This document shows positions 1-12,499 of a stretch of DNA of 64,000 nt, piece after piece. This DNA is from an uncultured Thermoleophilaceae bacterium. Its GTDB lineage: Bacteria; Actinomycetota; Thermoleophilia; Solirubrobacterales; Thermoleophilaceae. The stretch covers positions 48,788-112,787 of the forward strand of contig CAWJPU010000013.1 of NCBI GenBank assembly GCA_963844805.1. Direction: 5' to 3'. Below the pieces are notes generated by a model. That model was not told the origin of the DNA, searched no databases, and saw nothing but the letters and a program-made list of their open reading frames with translations. Position numbers and translations under genes: made by a program. The first letter of the stretch is position 1; each line of letters starts with the position of its first letter.

Positions 1-58
1 TGTAAACTAACTGGATGGCAGGCCGGTATGTGTCAACAAGTCTGGAGGTGCCTTCCGC

Positions 59-1243
59 ATGACTTCCGCGACCGCCCCGGCGGCTGACGAGCCGCTGACG
101 GCGAGCTGGACCGACCCCAAGCGCTACCTGTGGCTGCTGGGGCTGGTCGTCCCCCTCATCCCCTTCATCGGCTGGGGCCTCGCCGAGGCCACCGGCCTCG
201 GGGTGATGTGGTGGTTCGGCCCCGCCCTCGTGTTCGGCGTCATCCCCGTCCTGGACGTGATGATCGGCAAGGACTCCGCCAACCCGCCCGACTCCGCGGT
301 CAAGTGGATGGAGCAGGACCGCTACTACCGCTGGTGCACCTACCTGTTCATCCCGCTGCAGTTCGCCTCGCTGATCTTCGCCTGCTGGATGTGGGCCCAA
401 GGCGACCTGAGCGTCGTCGAGAAGCTCGGCCTGGCGCTGTCGGTGGGCATGGTCGGCGGCATCGCGATCAACACCGCGCACGAGCTCGGCCACAAGCGCC
501 AGCAGCACGAGCGCTGGCTGTCGAAGGTCGCGCTGGCCCAGAGCGGGTACGGCCATTTCTTCATCGAGCACAACCGCGGGCACCACGTCCGCGTGGCCAC
601 GCCCGAGGACCCCGCCAGCTCGCGCCTCGGCGAGAGCCTGTACGAGTTCCTGCCCCGCACCGTCTGGGGCAGCCTCAAGTCGGCGCTGCACCTCGAGAAG
701 GTGCGGCTGGACAGGATGGAGAAGCCGTTCTTCTCCATCCACAACGACGTGTTGAACGCGTGGGCGATGACCGTCGTCCTGTTCGGCGCGCTCACCGCGG
801 TGTTCGGGGTGGACGTGCTCCCGTGGCTGGTGATCCAGGCCGTGGTCGGCTTCTCGCTGCTGGAGGCGGTCAACTACCTCGAGCACTACGGGCTGCTGCG
901 CCAGAAGCGCGACGACGGCAGCGGGCGCTACGAGCTCTGCCGTCCCGAGCACTCTTGGAACAGCGACAACGTGGCGAGCAACGTGTTCCTCTACCACCTG
1001 CAGCGCCACTCCGACCACCACGCCAACCCGGTGCGCCGCTACCAGGCGCTGCGCCATTACGAGGACCTCCCGGAGCTGCCCTCGGGCTACGCGACGATGA
1101 TCCTGTACGCGTACCTGACGCCGGTGTGGCGGCGGGTCATGGACCCGAAGGTGCTGGCCCACTACGACGGCGACGTGACGCGGGCGAACATCCTGCCCCG
1201 CAAGCGCAAGCGGCTGCTCGCCAAGTACGGAGCGGGCGCCTGA
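59..1243 (+). CDS. alkB: alkane 1-monooxygenase, membrane di-iron AlkB family
   Basis: Intact 394-aa ORF. His boxes HELGHK, EHNRGHH, LQRHSDHH plus NYLEHYG. Hydrophobic N-terminus. GGAGGTG about 8 nt before the ATG. Rubredoxin gene follows. Confidence 0.9.
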   Translation: MTSATAPAADEPLTASWTDPKRYLWLLGLVVPLIPFIGWGLAEATGLGVMWWFGPALVFGVIPVLDVMIGKDSANPPDSAVKWMEQDRYYRWCTYLFIPLQFASLIFACWMWAQGDLSVVEKLGLALSVGMVGGIAINTAHELGHKRQQHERWLSKVALAQSGYGHFFIEHNRGHHVRVATPEDPASSRLGESLYEFLPRTVWGSLKSALHLEKVRLDRMEKPFFSIHNDVLNAWAMTVVLFGALTAVFGVDVLPWLVIQAVVGFSLLEAVNYLEHYGLLRQKRDDGSGRYELCRPEHSWNSDNVASNVFLYHLQRHSDHHANPVRRYQALRHYEDLPELPSGYATMILYAYLTPVWRRVMDPKVLAHYDGDVTRANILPRKRKRLLAKYGAGA

Positions 1244-1407
1244 TGGCCACCTATCGTTGCCCGGGGTGCGGCTACGAGTACGACGAAGCGGCCGGCGAGC
1301 CCCGCGAGGGCTTTCCGGCCGGCACCCCGATGAGCGACGTGCCCGGCGACTGGGCGTGCCCGGACTGCGGCGTGCGCGAGGCGCAGGACTTCGAGCAGGT
1401 GGGCTGA
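1243..1407 (+). CDS. rubA: rubredoxin
   Basis: 54-aa frame MATYRCPGCGYEYDE...WACPDCG with two CxxC pairs (tail of track ORF 130..1407). ATG overlaps the alkB stop (TGATG). Confidence 0.9.
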   Translation: MATYRCPGCGYEYDEAAGEPREGFPAGTPMSDVPGDWACPDCGVREAQDFEQVG

Positions 1408-1408
1408 C

Positions 1409-2023
1409 GTGGTTTCGGCGCCCGCTGTGAAGCCGCGCTTCGCCGAGGCGTCCAGGACGCTCCTGCGCGACACCGTGCTCGACGCGGTGCACGAGCTGCT
1501 CGCCGACCGCGCCTGGGCCGAGGTCACGATGGGCGAGGTGGCCGAACGCGCGGGCGTGAGCCGCCAGACGGTCTACAACACCTTCGGCGGCCGCGACGGG
1601 CTGTCGCAGGCCTACGTGATCCGCGAGGCCGACCGCTTCCTCGTGGTCGTCGAGGAGGCCGTGCGGGCCAACGAGCAGGAACCGCGCGCCGCCCTGTCGG
1701 CCGCCATCGCCGTATTCCTGTCCGCCGCGGAGACGCACCCGCTGGTGCGCACGATCGCCGCCTCGCAGGACGGCGACGAGCTACTGGCCCTGGTGACCGT
1801 TCGCGGCGGCCCGGTGCTGGGCGGCGTCACCGCGGGGCTGGCGCGGGTGATCGCGGAGACCTGGCCGGGCCTGCCGGGTCCTGAGACCCACTTCCTGGCC
1901 GACGCCCTGGTGCGCCTGGCCATCAGCTACGCCGCGCTTCCCTCCGGGACCCCCCAGGAGACCGCCGACGGCATCGCCGACGCGCTCGGGCCCTACATCG
2001 ACTCGATGCTCGCGGCGCGCTAG
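1409..2023 (+). CDS. TetR-family transcriptional regulator (likely regulator of the alkB module)
   Basis: Intact 204-aa ORF. N-terminal HTH region EVAERAGVSRQTVYNTFGGRDGL. GTG start 1 nt after the rubredoxin stop. Confidence 0.85.
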   Translation: MVSAPAVKPRFAEASRTLLRDTVLDAVHELLADRAWAEVTMGEVAERAGVSRQTVYNTFGGRDGLSQAYVIREADRFLVVVEEAVRANEQEPRAALSAAIAVFLSAAETHPLVRTIAASQDGDELLALVTVRGGPVLGGVTAGLARVIAETWPGLPGPETHFLADALVRLAISYAALPSGTPQETADGIADALGPYIDSMLAAR

Positions 2024-2886
2024 TCGCCTCCGCCGCCTCCGTCGCCACCCCCATCACCGCCGCCGTCCCCGCCGCCGGAGTCGACGCCGGAGTCCACCCC
2101 GGAGTCGATCGAGTCCGCCACCGAGTCCAGCGCGCTGTCAACGGCGTCTACGCCCGCGTCGAGGCTGTCGAGGCCCCCTTCGAACGCCGAGTCGAACATG
2201 ACGCCGACTCCGGCGAAGAGGTCGAAGTCGACGTAGCCGAAATCGAGGTCGAGGTCCCCCCCGAAGTGCCGGCCGCGGCGGCGCAGACGGAAGATCGCCG
2301 CCAAGGCCGCGGGCACCATCAGGACGAGCACGCCGGCCACCGCGGCGGCCTGCGCGGCTGTCTGTGGCTGTGCCTCGGCCTCCTGTGGCAGCGCTTGGAG
2401 GCGAGCCACGTGCTGGTCGGCCGTCGCCGCCCAGGCGTCCCCGGAGGCGGTTCGCCGCCACCGGGTGCGCGGGAACAGCCCGAGCACCTTGTCGCGAACG
2501 GCCTCGACCAGCGCCCGCGATACGAGCTCCTCCAAGAACAGCTCGCCGACGTCCTTGATCAGCTTCGGGTTGCCGCGGCGGGCGTTGGAGATGACCTTGC
2601 CGATCTCGTCTGGAGCGTGAGGGCGAAGGGCGAAGTCGAACTGCCCGAGCGGGCCCGGAAGCGCGGCCCCGGCCTGGCCCGGGAGCAGCGTCACCTTGTC
2701 CTTGCGGAAGCGCCGCTTCTCGATGCGGATGCTGTAGGCGCCGCGAAGGATGAGCTCCTTGAGCGCGAGCTTGACCGCGCCCTTGGGGTCGGGGGCCGGC
2801 CCTCCCTTGGTGGACGTGGAGATCGGGAGCTCGAGGAGAACCTGTGTCGCGGCCGCAGTCAGCGGCCACTGCTGCTCGGACGCCAT
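2020..2886 (-). CDS. hypothetical single-pass membrane protein with acidic Gly-rich tail; paralogue of 2887..3813
   Basis: Intact 288-aa ORF. Shares with its neighbour the N-terminus M..QWPLTAA.TQ.LL.LP, the block LGLF...R(R)T.(S/T)GD.WAATA.QH..RLQALP, one TM helix, FGGDLDLD and DS-rich repeats. Weak resemblance of the N-terminal domain to GPP34/GOLPH3-like proteins. Confidence 0.6.
   Translation of the reverse strand: MASEQQWPLTAAATQVLLELPISTSTKGGPAPDPKGAVKLALKELILRGAYSIRIEKRRFRKDKVTLLPGQAGAALPGPLGQFDFALRPHAPDEIGKVISNARRGNPKLIKDVGELFLEELVSRALVEAVRDKVLGLFPRTRWRRTASGDAWAATADQHVARLQALPQEAEAQPQTAAQAAAVAGVLVLMVPAALAAIFRLRRRGRHFGGDLDLDFGYVDFDLFAGVGVMFDSAFEGGLDSLDAGVDAVDSALDSVADSIDSGVDSGVDSGGGDGGGDGGGDGGGGGD
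2023..2082 (-). repeat. codon-level simple repeat encoding the tail DSGGGDGGGDGGGDGGGGGD
   Basis: Plus strand reads gtcgcctccgccgcctccgtcgccaccccc...; imperfect GGN-GGN-GAC reiteration at the 3' end of the CDS. Confidence 0.8.
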
Positions 2887-3813
2887 CTACTCGCCGCCCC
2901 CGCCGCCTCCGTCACCGCCACCGCCGCCGTCTCCTCCTCCACCGCCGTCGCCACCGCCACCGCCGTCGCCACCGCCGTCGCCGCCTCCGCCGGCGTCGAC
3001 GCCCGAGTCCACGGCGGAGTCGACGGAGCTCGCCACCGAGTCGAGCGCCGCGTCGACGGCGCCGCCGCTCGCGTCGATCGAGTCCATCCCGCCCACGGCG
3101 GAGTCGAACATGTCCGACGTCCCCGCGAAGGGGTCGAAGCCCACGCCGTCGTCGGTCACGTAGACGAAGTCGTCGTCGAGGTCGAGGTCGCCGCCGAAGT
3201 GACGGCGGCGGTGCAGCTTGGCCACGGCGGACAGCGAGGCCGGAACCATCAGCGCGAGCGCGCCCGCCGCCGCGGCGACCGCGACCGCCGTGTTCGGGTC
3301 GGAGTCGACCTCCCAGGGCAGCGCCTGCAGGCGCTGGGCGTGCTGCCCGGCGGTGGCCGCCCACACGTCGCCCGTGGGCGTGCGGCGGATCACGTGCTGT
3401 GAGAACAGGCCGAGTGACTTGTGCTCGTAGCGCTCGATCAGCCCGCGCTGGCTCAGCTCCCAGATGAACCACTCACGCACCTGGCTCATCAGCTGCGGAT
3501 TCCAGCTTCGGGCCGCCCGGATCGTGCCGTCGAGCAGGTCGGGGGTGAAGGGCCGCAGCCAGCCGTCGAGCGCCGCCAGCGAGTCCGGCAGCGCGACGGG
3601 GCCGGCCGGGTAGAGCGTCACGTAGGGCTTGCTCCACGCCGCCGGCGACTCGGTGACGTCCAGGCGGAACGCCCCGCGCACGAGCAGCTCCTTGAGGCCG
3701 AGCTTGAAGGACTCGCCCGGTGCGGGCGCCTGTCTTCCCTTCGCCCCCGCCGGCGGCAGGGACAGCAGGAGCTGGGTCGAGGCGGCGGTCAGCGGCCACT
3801 GGCTGGTCTGCAT
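2887..3813 (-). CDS. hypothetical single-pass membrane protein with acidic Gly-rich tail; paralogue of 2020..2886
   Basis: Intact 308-aa ORF, directly abutting the downstream paralogue (no intergenic gap). Same domain order: soluble N-domain, TM helix AAAAGALALMVPASLSAV, FGGDLDLDDD, DS repeats, poly(G,D) tail. Confidence 0.6.
   Translation of the reverse strand: MQTSQWPLTAASTQLLLSLPPAGAKGRQAPAPGESFKLGLKELLVRGAFRLDVTESPAAWSKPYVTLYPAGPVALPDSLAALDGWLRPFTPDLLDGTIRAARSWNPQLMSQVREWFIWELSQRGLIERYEHKSLGLFSQHVIRRTPTGDVWAATAGQHAQRLQALPWEVDSDPNTAVAVAAAAGALALMVPASLSAVAKLHRRRHFGGDLDLDDDFVYVTDDGVGFDPFAGTSDMFDSAVGGMDSIDASGGAVDAALDSVASSVDSAVDSGVDAGGGGDGGGDGGGGGDGGGGGDGGGGGDGGGGGGE
2890..2997 (-). repeat. 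codon-level simple repeat encoding a 36-aa (G3-6 D)n tail
   Basis: Encodes DAGGGGDGGGDGGGGGDGGGGGDGGGGGDGGGGGGE. The antisense of this tract gives the PPPPS-rich artefact ORF 2750..3163. Confidence 0.8.
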
Positions 3814-3860
3814 GGCGCGAGAACCTAGAAGCCCGCGGCGACCAGGCTGGCCGCCGCCTG

Positions 3861-3890
3861 GGGAAACGCTCAGCTCGGCTGACGAGTTCC
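3861..3890 (-). terminator. candidate intrinsic terminator hairpin downstream of gltD
   Basis: Minus strand reads GGAACTCGTCAGCCGAGCTGAGCGTTTCCCC: stem TCAGC/GCTGA (extendable with a bulge) followed by TTT. Near-identical to the element at 56267..56296. Confidence 0.4.
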
Positions 3891-3963
3891 CGGCGGAGTG
3901 CGCGCTGCCCGCACGCGAATCCGCGTCGGGCCGCTGGACCGGCGCCGCCGGGCCCGCACCGGG

Positions 3964-5526
<1,563 letters not shown>

Positions 5527-5530
5527 GGCG

Positions 5531-8500
5531 TCAGGCCCCCACTGCGGGAACGGCAGTCGCCTCCTGGCGCGCCTGCTCGGCGAGCGCGCGCTCGTAGTCG
5601 TAGGGGAGCACCTTCACGAAGCGGTTAACGGCGTGGGCCCAGTCGCCGACCAGGCCCGCGGCCACCGGCGACCCGGTGCGGTCGCGGTGCTCCTCGATCA
5701 GGGCCAGCAGCTCCTTGGACTCCGCCTCGGAGATCTCGGCGAAGCGGACCATCTCGGTGTTGCAGCGGCCGCGGAAGCCGCCGTCGTCGTCGAGCACGTA
5801 GGCGATCCCGCCGCTCATGCCCGCGGCGAAGTTGATGCCGGTCGGGCCGATCACGACCACGCGGCCGCCGGTCATGTACTCGCAGCCGTGGTCGCCGATG
5901 CCCTCGACCACGGTCACCGCGCCCGAGTTGCGCACCGCGAAGCGCTCGCCGGCCAGGCCGCGGAAGAACGCGCGGCCCTGCGTGGCGCCGTAGAGCGCCA
6001 CGTTGCCGATCACGACGTTGTCCTCCGCGGAGTAGTTGGCGCCCCGGTGCGGCTGCACGATCAGCGTGCCGCCCGACAGGCCCTTGCCGATGTAGTCGTT
6101 GGCGTCGCCCTCCAGCGAGAGGCAGACTCCCGGCGCCAGCCAGGCGCCGAAGCTCTGGCCCGCCGAGCCGCGGAACTTGACCTCGATCGAGCCCTCGGCC
6201 AGGCCCTCGGTGCCGTGCTGCCGCGCGATCTCGCTCGACAGCAGCCCGCCGACGGCGCGGTTCTTGTTGGCGATCGGGATCTCCAGCTCGACCCGCTCGC
6301 CGTCCTCGATGGCGGGACGGCACTGCTCGACCAGGTCGACGTCGATCGAGTCGTGGTTCACCGGGTCCGGCGGGTGGAGGAAGTGGCGCGGCGCCTCCTC
6401 CGGCGACCGCGAGGGCTCGTGCAGGATGGCGCTCAGGTCGAGCTCCTGGCCCTTCCAGTGGTCGATGTCCTCGTCCTGGACGAGCAGGTCGGTGCGCCCG
6501 ATCAGCTCGTCCACGGTGCGCACGCCCAGCCGGGCCATGATCGCGCGCGCCTCCTCGGCGACCATGAACAGGTAGTTGACGACGTGCTCGGGCTGGCCGT
6601 CGAACTTCGCCCGCAGCACCGGATCCTGGGTGGCCACCCCCACCGGGCAGGTGTTCAGGTGGCAGACGCGCATCATGATGCAGCCCAGCGCGATCAGCGG
6701 GGCGGTGGAGAAGCCGAACTCGTCGGCGCCCAGGATGGCCCCGATCACCATGTCGCGGCCGGTGCGCATCTGGCCGTCGACCTCGACCACTATCCGCGAG
6801 CGCAGGTCGTTGGCCAGAAGCGTCTGCTGGGTCTCGGCCAGGCCGATCTCCCACGGAATGCCGGCGTGCTGCACCGACGCCGCGGGCGAGGCCCCCGTGC
6901 CGCCGTCGTGGCCGGCAATCACCACGTGGTCGGCGTTGGCCTTGGCCACGCCGGCGGCGACCGTGCCCACGCCCACCTCGCTGACGAGCTTGACCGAGAT
7001 ACGCGCGCGGGGGTTGCCGCAGCGCAGGTCGTAGATCAGCTGCTTGAGGTCCTCGATCGAGTAGATGTCGTGGTGGGGCGGCGGTGAGATGAGCCCCACG
7101 CCGGGCGTCGAGTAGCGCAGGCCCGCGATGTAGTCGTCGACCTTGTGGCCCGGCAGCTGGCCGCCCTCGCCGGGCTTGGCGCCCTGGGCCACCTTGATCT
7201 GGATCTCGTCGGCGTTGACGAGGTAGTCGATCGTCACGCCGAAGCGGCCGCTCGCGACCTGCTTGATCGACGAGCGCCGCTCGTCGAAGAAGCGCGAGCG
7301 GTCCTCGCCGCCCTCGCCGGTGTTGGACTTGCCGCCGAGGCGGTTCATCCCCACCGCGAGGATCTCGTGGGCCTCGGGCGACAGCGCGCCCAGCGACATG
7401 CCGCCGGACTTGAAGCGCTTGACGATCTCCTTGGCGGGCTCCACCTCGTCGAGGTCGATCGGCTGCGACGTAGTCGGAGTAGCGCAGCAGCCCGCGGAGC
7501 GCGGACTTGCGCACGGCCTCCTCGTTGACGTAGCGGGCGAAGCGCTCGTAGTCCCCGGCCGAGTCGCCGTTGTCGCCGCGCGCGGCGTGCTGGAGGGTGG
7601 CGACGGTCTCGGGGTTCCAGCCGTGGAACTCGCCGTCGCGCCGCCAGGCGTAGATGCCGCCGGAGGGCAGCAGCTGGGACTCCGCGGCCGGGTACGCGCG
7701 CGCGTGGCGGTCCAGCGCCTCGCGCGCCAGGTGGTCCAGCCCGACGCCGCCGACCCGCGAGGTGGTGCCGGTGAAATGGCGGTCGACCACTTCCTTGTCC
7801 ACGCCGACGGCCTCGAAGATCTGCGCGCCGCAGTAGGAGCGGATCGTCGAGATCCCCATCTTGGAGAGGGTCTTCAGCAGGCCCTTCCCGATCGCCTTGA
7901 CCACGCGCCGGTGGGCCTCGTCGTTGGTCATGTCCTCGGGCAGCATCCCGTCGCGGTGCAGCCCGGTGAGGGACTCGAACATCACGTACGGGTTCACTGC
8001 CGAGGCGCCGAAGCCGATCAGGCAGGCCATGTGGTGGACCTCGCGCGCCTCGCCGGTCTCCACCACCAGGCCGATCTTCAGTCGCGTGCCCTCGCGGACG
8101 AGGTGGTGGTGCACGGCGGCGGTGGCCAGCAGCGACGGGATCGGCGCGCGCTCGGCGCCCAGGTTGCGGTCGGACAGGATGATGATGTTCACGCCGCCGG
8201 CCACCAGCTCGGAGGCCTGCCGGCAGATCTCGTCCAGGCGGTGCTCCATGCCGTCGGGGCCCTCCTCGACGGGCCAGGTCATGTCGATCGTGCGCGCCTC
8301 GAACACCGAGTGGTCGACCTGGCGCAGGCGCTCGCACTCGTTGTTGAACAGCAGCGGCTGGGGCATCACCAGCTGGTGGCAGTGCTCGGCGGTCTCGTCG
8401 AGCAGGTTGACCTCGGGGCCGATCGTGGCCTCGGAGGCTCATCACCACGGACTCGCGGATCGGGTCGACGGCCGGGTTGGTGACCTGCGCGAACAGCTGC

Positions 8501-10044
8501 TTGAAGTAGGAGAACAGCGGCGGCCGGCGGTCCGACAACACCGCCAGCGCGGCGTCGTTGCCCATCGAGGCGGTGGGCTCGGCGGCGGCGCGGGCCATCG
8601 GCGCCAGCAGCACGCGCAGGTCCTCCTCGCTCCACCCGAAGGCGAGCTGCTTGGCCCGCAGGGGCTCCACTCGCGGCACGCGCGGGGTCTTGGGCGGGAG
8701 GTCCTCGAGGTGGACCACGCGGTCGTCAGCCACTGGCCGTAGGGGCGGCGCTCGGCCAGCTCGCGCTTGACCGCGGCGTCGGAGAGCACCGCGCCCTTCT
8801 CGAGGTCGACCAGGAACACCTTGCCCGGGCGCAGCCGGCCCTTGGCCCGCACGTCCTCGGCGTCGACGTCGAGCACGCCGGTCTCCGAGGCCAGCGCCAC
8901 CCAGCCGTCGCGGGTGACCAGCCAGCGGCCGGGGCGCAGCCCGTTGCGGTCCAGCGTCGCGCCGACCACGCGGCCGTCGGAGAACGCCACCGCTGCCGGG
9001 CCGTCCCACGGCTCGATCAGCGAGGAGTGGTAGGCGTAGAAGTCGCGCACCCGCTGGTGCAGCTCCGGCCGCCCCGAGTAGGCCTCGGGGATCATCATCG
9101 AGATCGCGTGGGCGGGCGAGCGGCCGCCCATCACCAGCAGCTCCATCACCCGGTCCAGCGAGGCCGAGTCGGAGATGTCGTCGGACAGCAGCGGCAGCAG
9201 CTTCTCGATGTCATCGCCGAACAGCGGCGAGGCGAGCTGCATCTCGCGCGCGCGCATCCAGTTGCGGTTGCCGCGCAGCGTGTTGATCTCGCCGTTGTGG
9301 GCGAGCATCCGGTAGGGGTGGGCGAGCTCCCAGCTCGGGAACGTGTTGGTGGAGAAGCGCGAGTGGACCAGGGCGAGCGCGCTCTTCAGCCGCTCGTCGC
9401 GCAGGTCGGGGTAGTAGCGCGGCAGCTGGGGGGCGGAGAGCATCCCCTTGTAGACGACGGTGCGGGTGGAGAAGCTGGCGATGGCCAGGCCCTCCAGGCC
9501 GGCGTGCTCGACCACCTGGCGGATCACGTAGAGCTTGCGCTCGAACGCGTCCTGGTCGGCGACTTCGTCGCCCGCCGCGCACGAACAGCTGGGCGATGTA
9601 CGGGGCGGCCTCGCCGGCCACCCGGCCGCACTCGGTCTTGACGACCGGCACGTCGCGCCAGCCCAGGGCGCGCTGGCCCTCGGCCTCGACGTTGCGCTCG
9701 ATCAGCCGGACGGCTTGCTCGCGCTCGGCCTCGTCCTGGGGCAGGAAGCACATGGCGACGCCGTAGCGGCCGAACTCGGGCAGCTCGACGCCCGCCTCCG
9801 CGCGGAGGAACTCGTCGGGGAGCTGGATGAGGATGCCCGCGCCGTCGCCGGTGTCGGCGTCCGCTCCCTCGGCGCCGCGGTGCTCCAAGCGGTCGAGCGC
9901 GAGCAGGCCGCGCTCGACGACCTCGTGTGAGGCCGGGCGCCCGAGACGCGCGACGAACGCAACGCCGCAGGCGTCGTGCTCGAACTGCGGGTCATAGAGA
10001 CCGGCGGACGACTTCACGGCGTTGAGGTTCTCCTCGGGTACCAC
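5531..10044 (-). pseudogene. gltB: glutamate synthase large subunit, frame-broken as given
   Basis: Sequence readable across four frames: amidotransferase N-terminus FEHDACGVAFVA (9211..10674 frame); LAHNGEINTLRGN (8442..9527); central part (5625..8369 frame); FMN and C-terminal domains (5531..7444). Frame jumps near 9578, 8737, 8434 and 7462. GTG start inferred at about 10044. Confidence 0.9.
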
Positions 10045-10118
10045 GCCTTCTCCGAGCGGGCGTGCGACGGGACGGGAGACAGAGACTTTACCCCGGCCTG
10101 CAATACGGTTGCGGCTCA

Positions 10119-10913
10119 ATGTCGAGGACCGTGACGGTGATGTCACAGAAGGGCGGGACGGGGAAGACCACCACGGTCCGCACTTTGGCCGACGTGTTGA
10201 GGCGGGTTGGACTGGACGTCCTGTGCGTCGACCTCGATCCCCAGGGCAACCTGTCCGACTACTTCGACGTCCCCGCGGACGCCGATCCCACGGTCGCCGA
10301 CGTGCTCGCCGGGCGCGCCAAGGCGGCCGACGCGATACAGGACGGCATCCTGCCGGCCAACCTCGGGCTGGCCGAGGCGGAGCTGGTGCTGGCGGGCAAG
10401 ATGGGCCGGGAGATGACCGCTGCGCCGGGCGCTGCGCGACGTCAAGCGCCACCACGACCTGGTGCTGATCGACTGCCCGCCGGCGCTCGGCCTGCTCACC
10501 GTCAACGCGCTGGTGGCGGCCGACTACGCGCTGATCTCCTCCGAGGCGGAGTACTTCTCGCTCCAGGGGGTGGAACAGGCGCTGGAGGTGGTCGAGCTGG
10601 CAAAGGAGTCGCTGCACCCCGACCTCGAGTGGCTGGGCGTGGTGCTCAACCTGGCCGACATGCGCACGGTCCACGCGCGCGAGGCCCAGCAGCAGCTGAC
10701 CGAGCGGTTCGGCGACAAGGTGTTCGGCAGCGTCGTGCGGCGGTCGGTGCGCTACGCCGAGTCGGCCGAGCGGGGCGTGTCGATCCTCGACTTCCGGCCC
10801 GAGCTGGGGGCCGACTACGTGGACCTGGCGGGCGAGCTGCTCGAGCGGCTCGACATGGCACGAGGAGCGCGAGCGCGTGCGGCGAGCTGCGCGCGGAGCT
10901 GGTCCCCGCTTGA
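10119..10913 (+). pseudogene. ParA/Soj-family ATPase (orphan), frame-broken
   Basis: Walker A MSQKGGTGKTT (10062..10913 frame) continues as LIDCPPALGLLTVNAL...SILDF (10462..11034 frame). Break near 10419 and probably more near 10860. Stop at 10911-10913 overlaps the next start (TTGA). Confidence 0.8.
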
Positions 10914-12379
10914 GCGACCCGCTGGCGGCGCCGGCCCTGGAGCAGGCCCGCCTCGTCCGCGACGGCGAGGTCTCGTCGCGCGAGCTGGTCGAGGCCTCGC
11001 TGCGGCGCGCCGAGGACGCTGCAGGAGCGGCTGAACTGCTTCGTCTCGATCGACGGCGAGCGCGCGCTGGACGCCGCCTCGCAGGTCTCGGCCGGGGACC
11101 CGCGGCCCTTCGCCGGCGTGCCCACCGCGGTGAAGGACATCACCGCTTCCAAGCACCACACGCTGACGATGGGGTCCGACCTGTTCGCCGACTTCGCCCC
11201 CGGCTTCCACTCGCACGCGCTGCGGCGCCTGGAGGAGTCGGGGCTGGTCTCGATCGGCCAGACCACCGTGCCGGAGCTGGGGATCGTCAACGTGACCGAG
11301 GGCCGCCGCTACGGGCCGACCCGCAACCCCTGGGACACCTCGAGCGCACGCCCGGCGGCTCCAGCGGCGGCGCGGCCGCGGCGGTGGCCGGCGGCGCGTT
11401 CTCGATCGCCCACGGCTCCGACGGCGGCGGCTCGCTGCGGATCCCGGCCGCCTGCTGCGGGCTGGTGGGGCTGAAGCCCAGCCGCGGACGGGTGTCGTCG
11501 GGGCCGGTGCTGGGCGAGTCGATGCTCGTGCAGGACGGGGTCGTGACCCGCACCGTGGCCGACACCGCGGCGGCGCTGGACGTGCTGGCGGGCTACGAGC
11601 TCGGCGACTCCACCTGGGCGCCGCCCCCGTCCGAGCCGTTCGCCGACTCCGCGCGGCGCGACCCCGGCCGGCTGCGGATCGCGGTGGCGCTCGAGGGGCC
11701 GATCGACGCGCCGATCGACCCCGAGGCCGAGCGCGGCGTGCGCGAGGCGGCCGAGCTGCTGTCGTCGCTGGGGCACTCCGTGGAGGAGGTCGACCCGCCG
11801 TGGGTGGGCAGCGACCTGCTCCCCACGTTCATGAAGCTGTGGGCGGTGAACATCTCGTCCGGCGTGGTGCGCGGCGGCGCAGGTGACCGGCCGCGAGCCC
11901 TCGCCGGAGCTGGTCGAGTCGCTGACCTGGTGGCTGTACGAGCAGGGCCGGGCGCTCGAGCGCGATCGACTTCGCCCTGGCCGTCGGCGAGCTCCAGGGA
12001 TGTCGCGCTCGATCATCACCACGCTGTGGTCGTCCCACGACGTGGTGATCACCCCCACGCTGGCGCGGCGGCCGCTTCGCATCGGCGAGCTGGACACCGA
12101 GAGCGACGACCCCGCCGCCGCCTTCCGGCTCTCGGGCCAGTTCACGCCCCACACCGCGCTGTTCAACGTGAGCGGCCAGCCGGCGGTGTCGCTGCCGCTC
12201 TTCCACGGCGATGACGGCCTGCCGACTCCCGTGCAGTTCGCCGGGCCTCCCGCCGGCGAGGCCGTGCTGCTGTCGCTGGCCGCGCAGCTGGAGGACGCCC
12301 TTCCCTGGGCCGACCGGCGCCCGCCCTCGCCTACCCTCGGCGCATGCGCGAGTTCTGGGGCAGCTCTCACGCGGAGAGG
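10910..12379 (+). pseudogene. amidase-signature family amidase, frame-broken
   Basis: GVPTAVKDI (11118..11474 frame); GGSSGGAAAAVAGG and GSDGGGSLRIPAACCG (10877..12214 frame); C-terminal part in the 11883..13115 frame. Breaks near 11018, 11342 and 11875, plus a compensating pair near 11952/11997. 3' end uncertain. Confidence 0.75.
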
Positions 12380-12499
12380 CGGCGCTGCTGATCGCGGCCG
12401 CGGTGGCATCGTCGGTGGGCGGCGGTCGGCCCGCCGGCGTGATGGCGGCGTGTGCCGCCTGGTGCTGGGCCTGGTGCGGCGCGGCGATCGCGCTCAACC

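Noticed and set aside
130-1407. Many very long ORFs in the track (for example 130..1407, 2138..2869, 4111..5628, 5456..7087, 33950..36232, 39488..44206 at 1572 aa, 21827..24880 at 1017 aa, 45558..48032).
   Set aside because: They are off-frame or antisense read-through typical of very GC-rich DNA. Their translations are Arg/Ala/Pro/Gly-rich and motif-free except where they coincide with a real gene segment. The real genes are recognisable in another frame or as sub-segments.
2750-3163. Plus-strand ORF encoding PPPPPPSPPPPPSPPPP (extensin-like proline-rich protein).
   Set aside because: It is the antisense of the poly(Gly-Asp) tail of the minus-strand gene 2887..3813, which has a coherent domain structure and a paralogue. 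There is no independent support for the plus-strand ORF.
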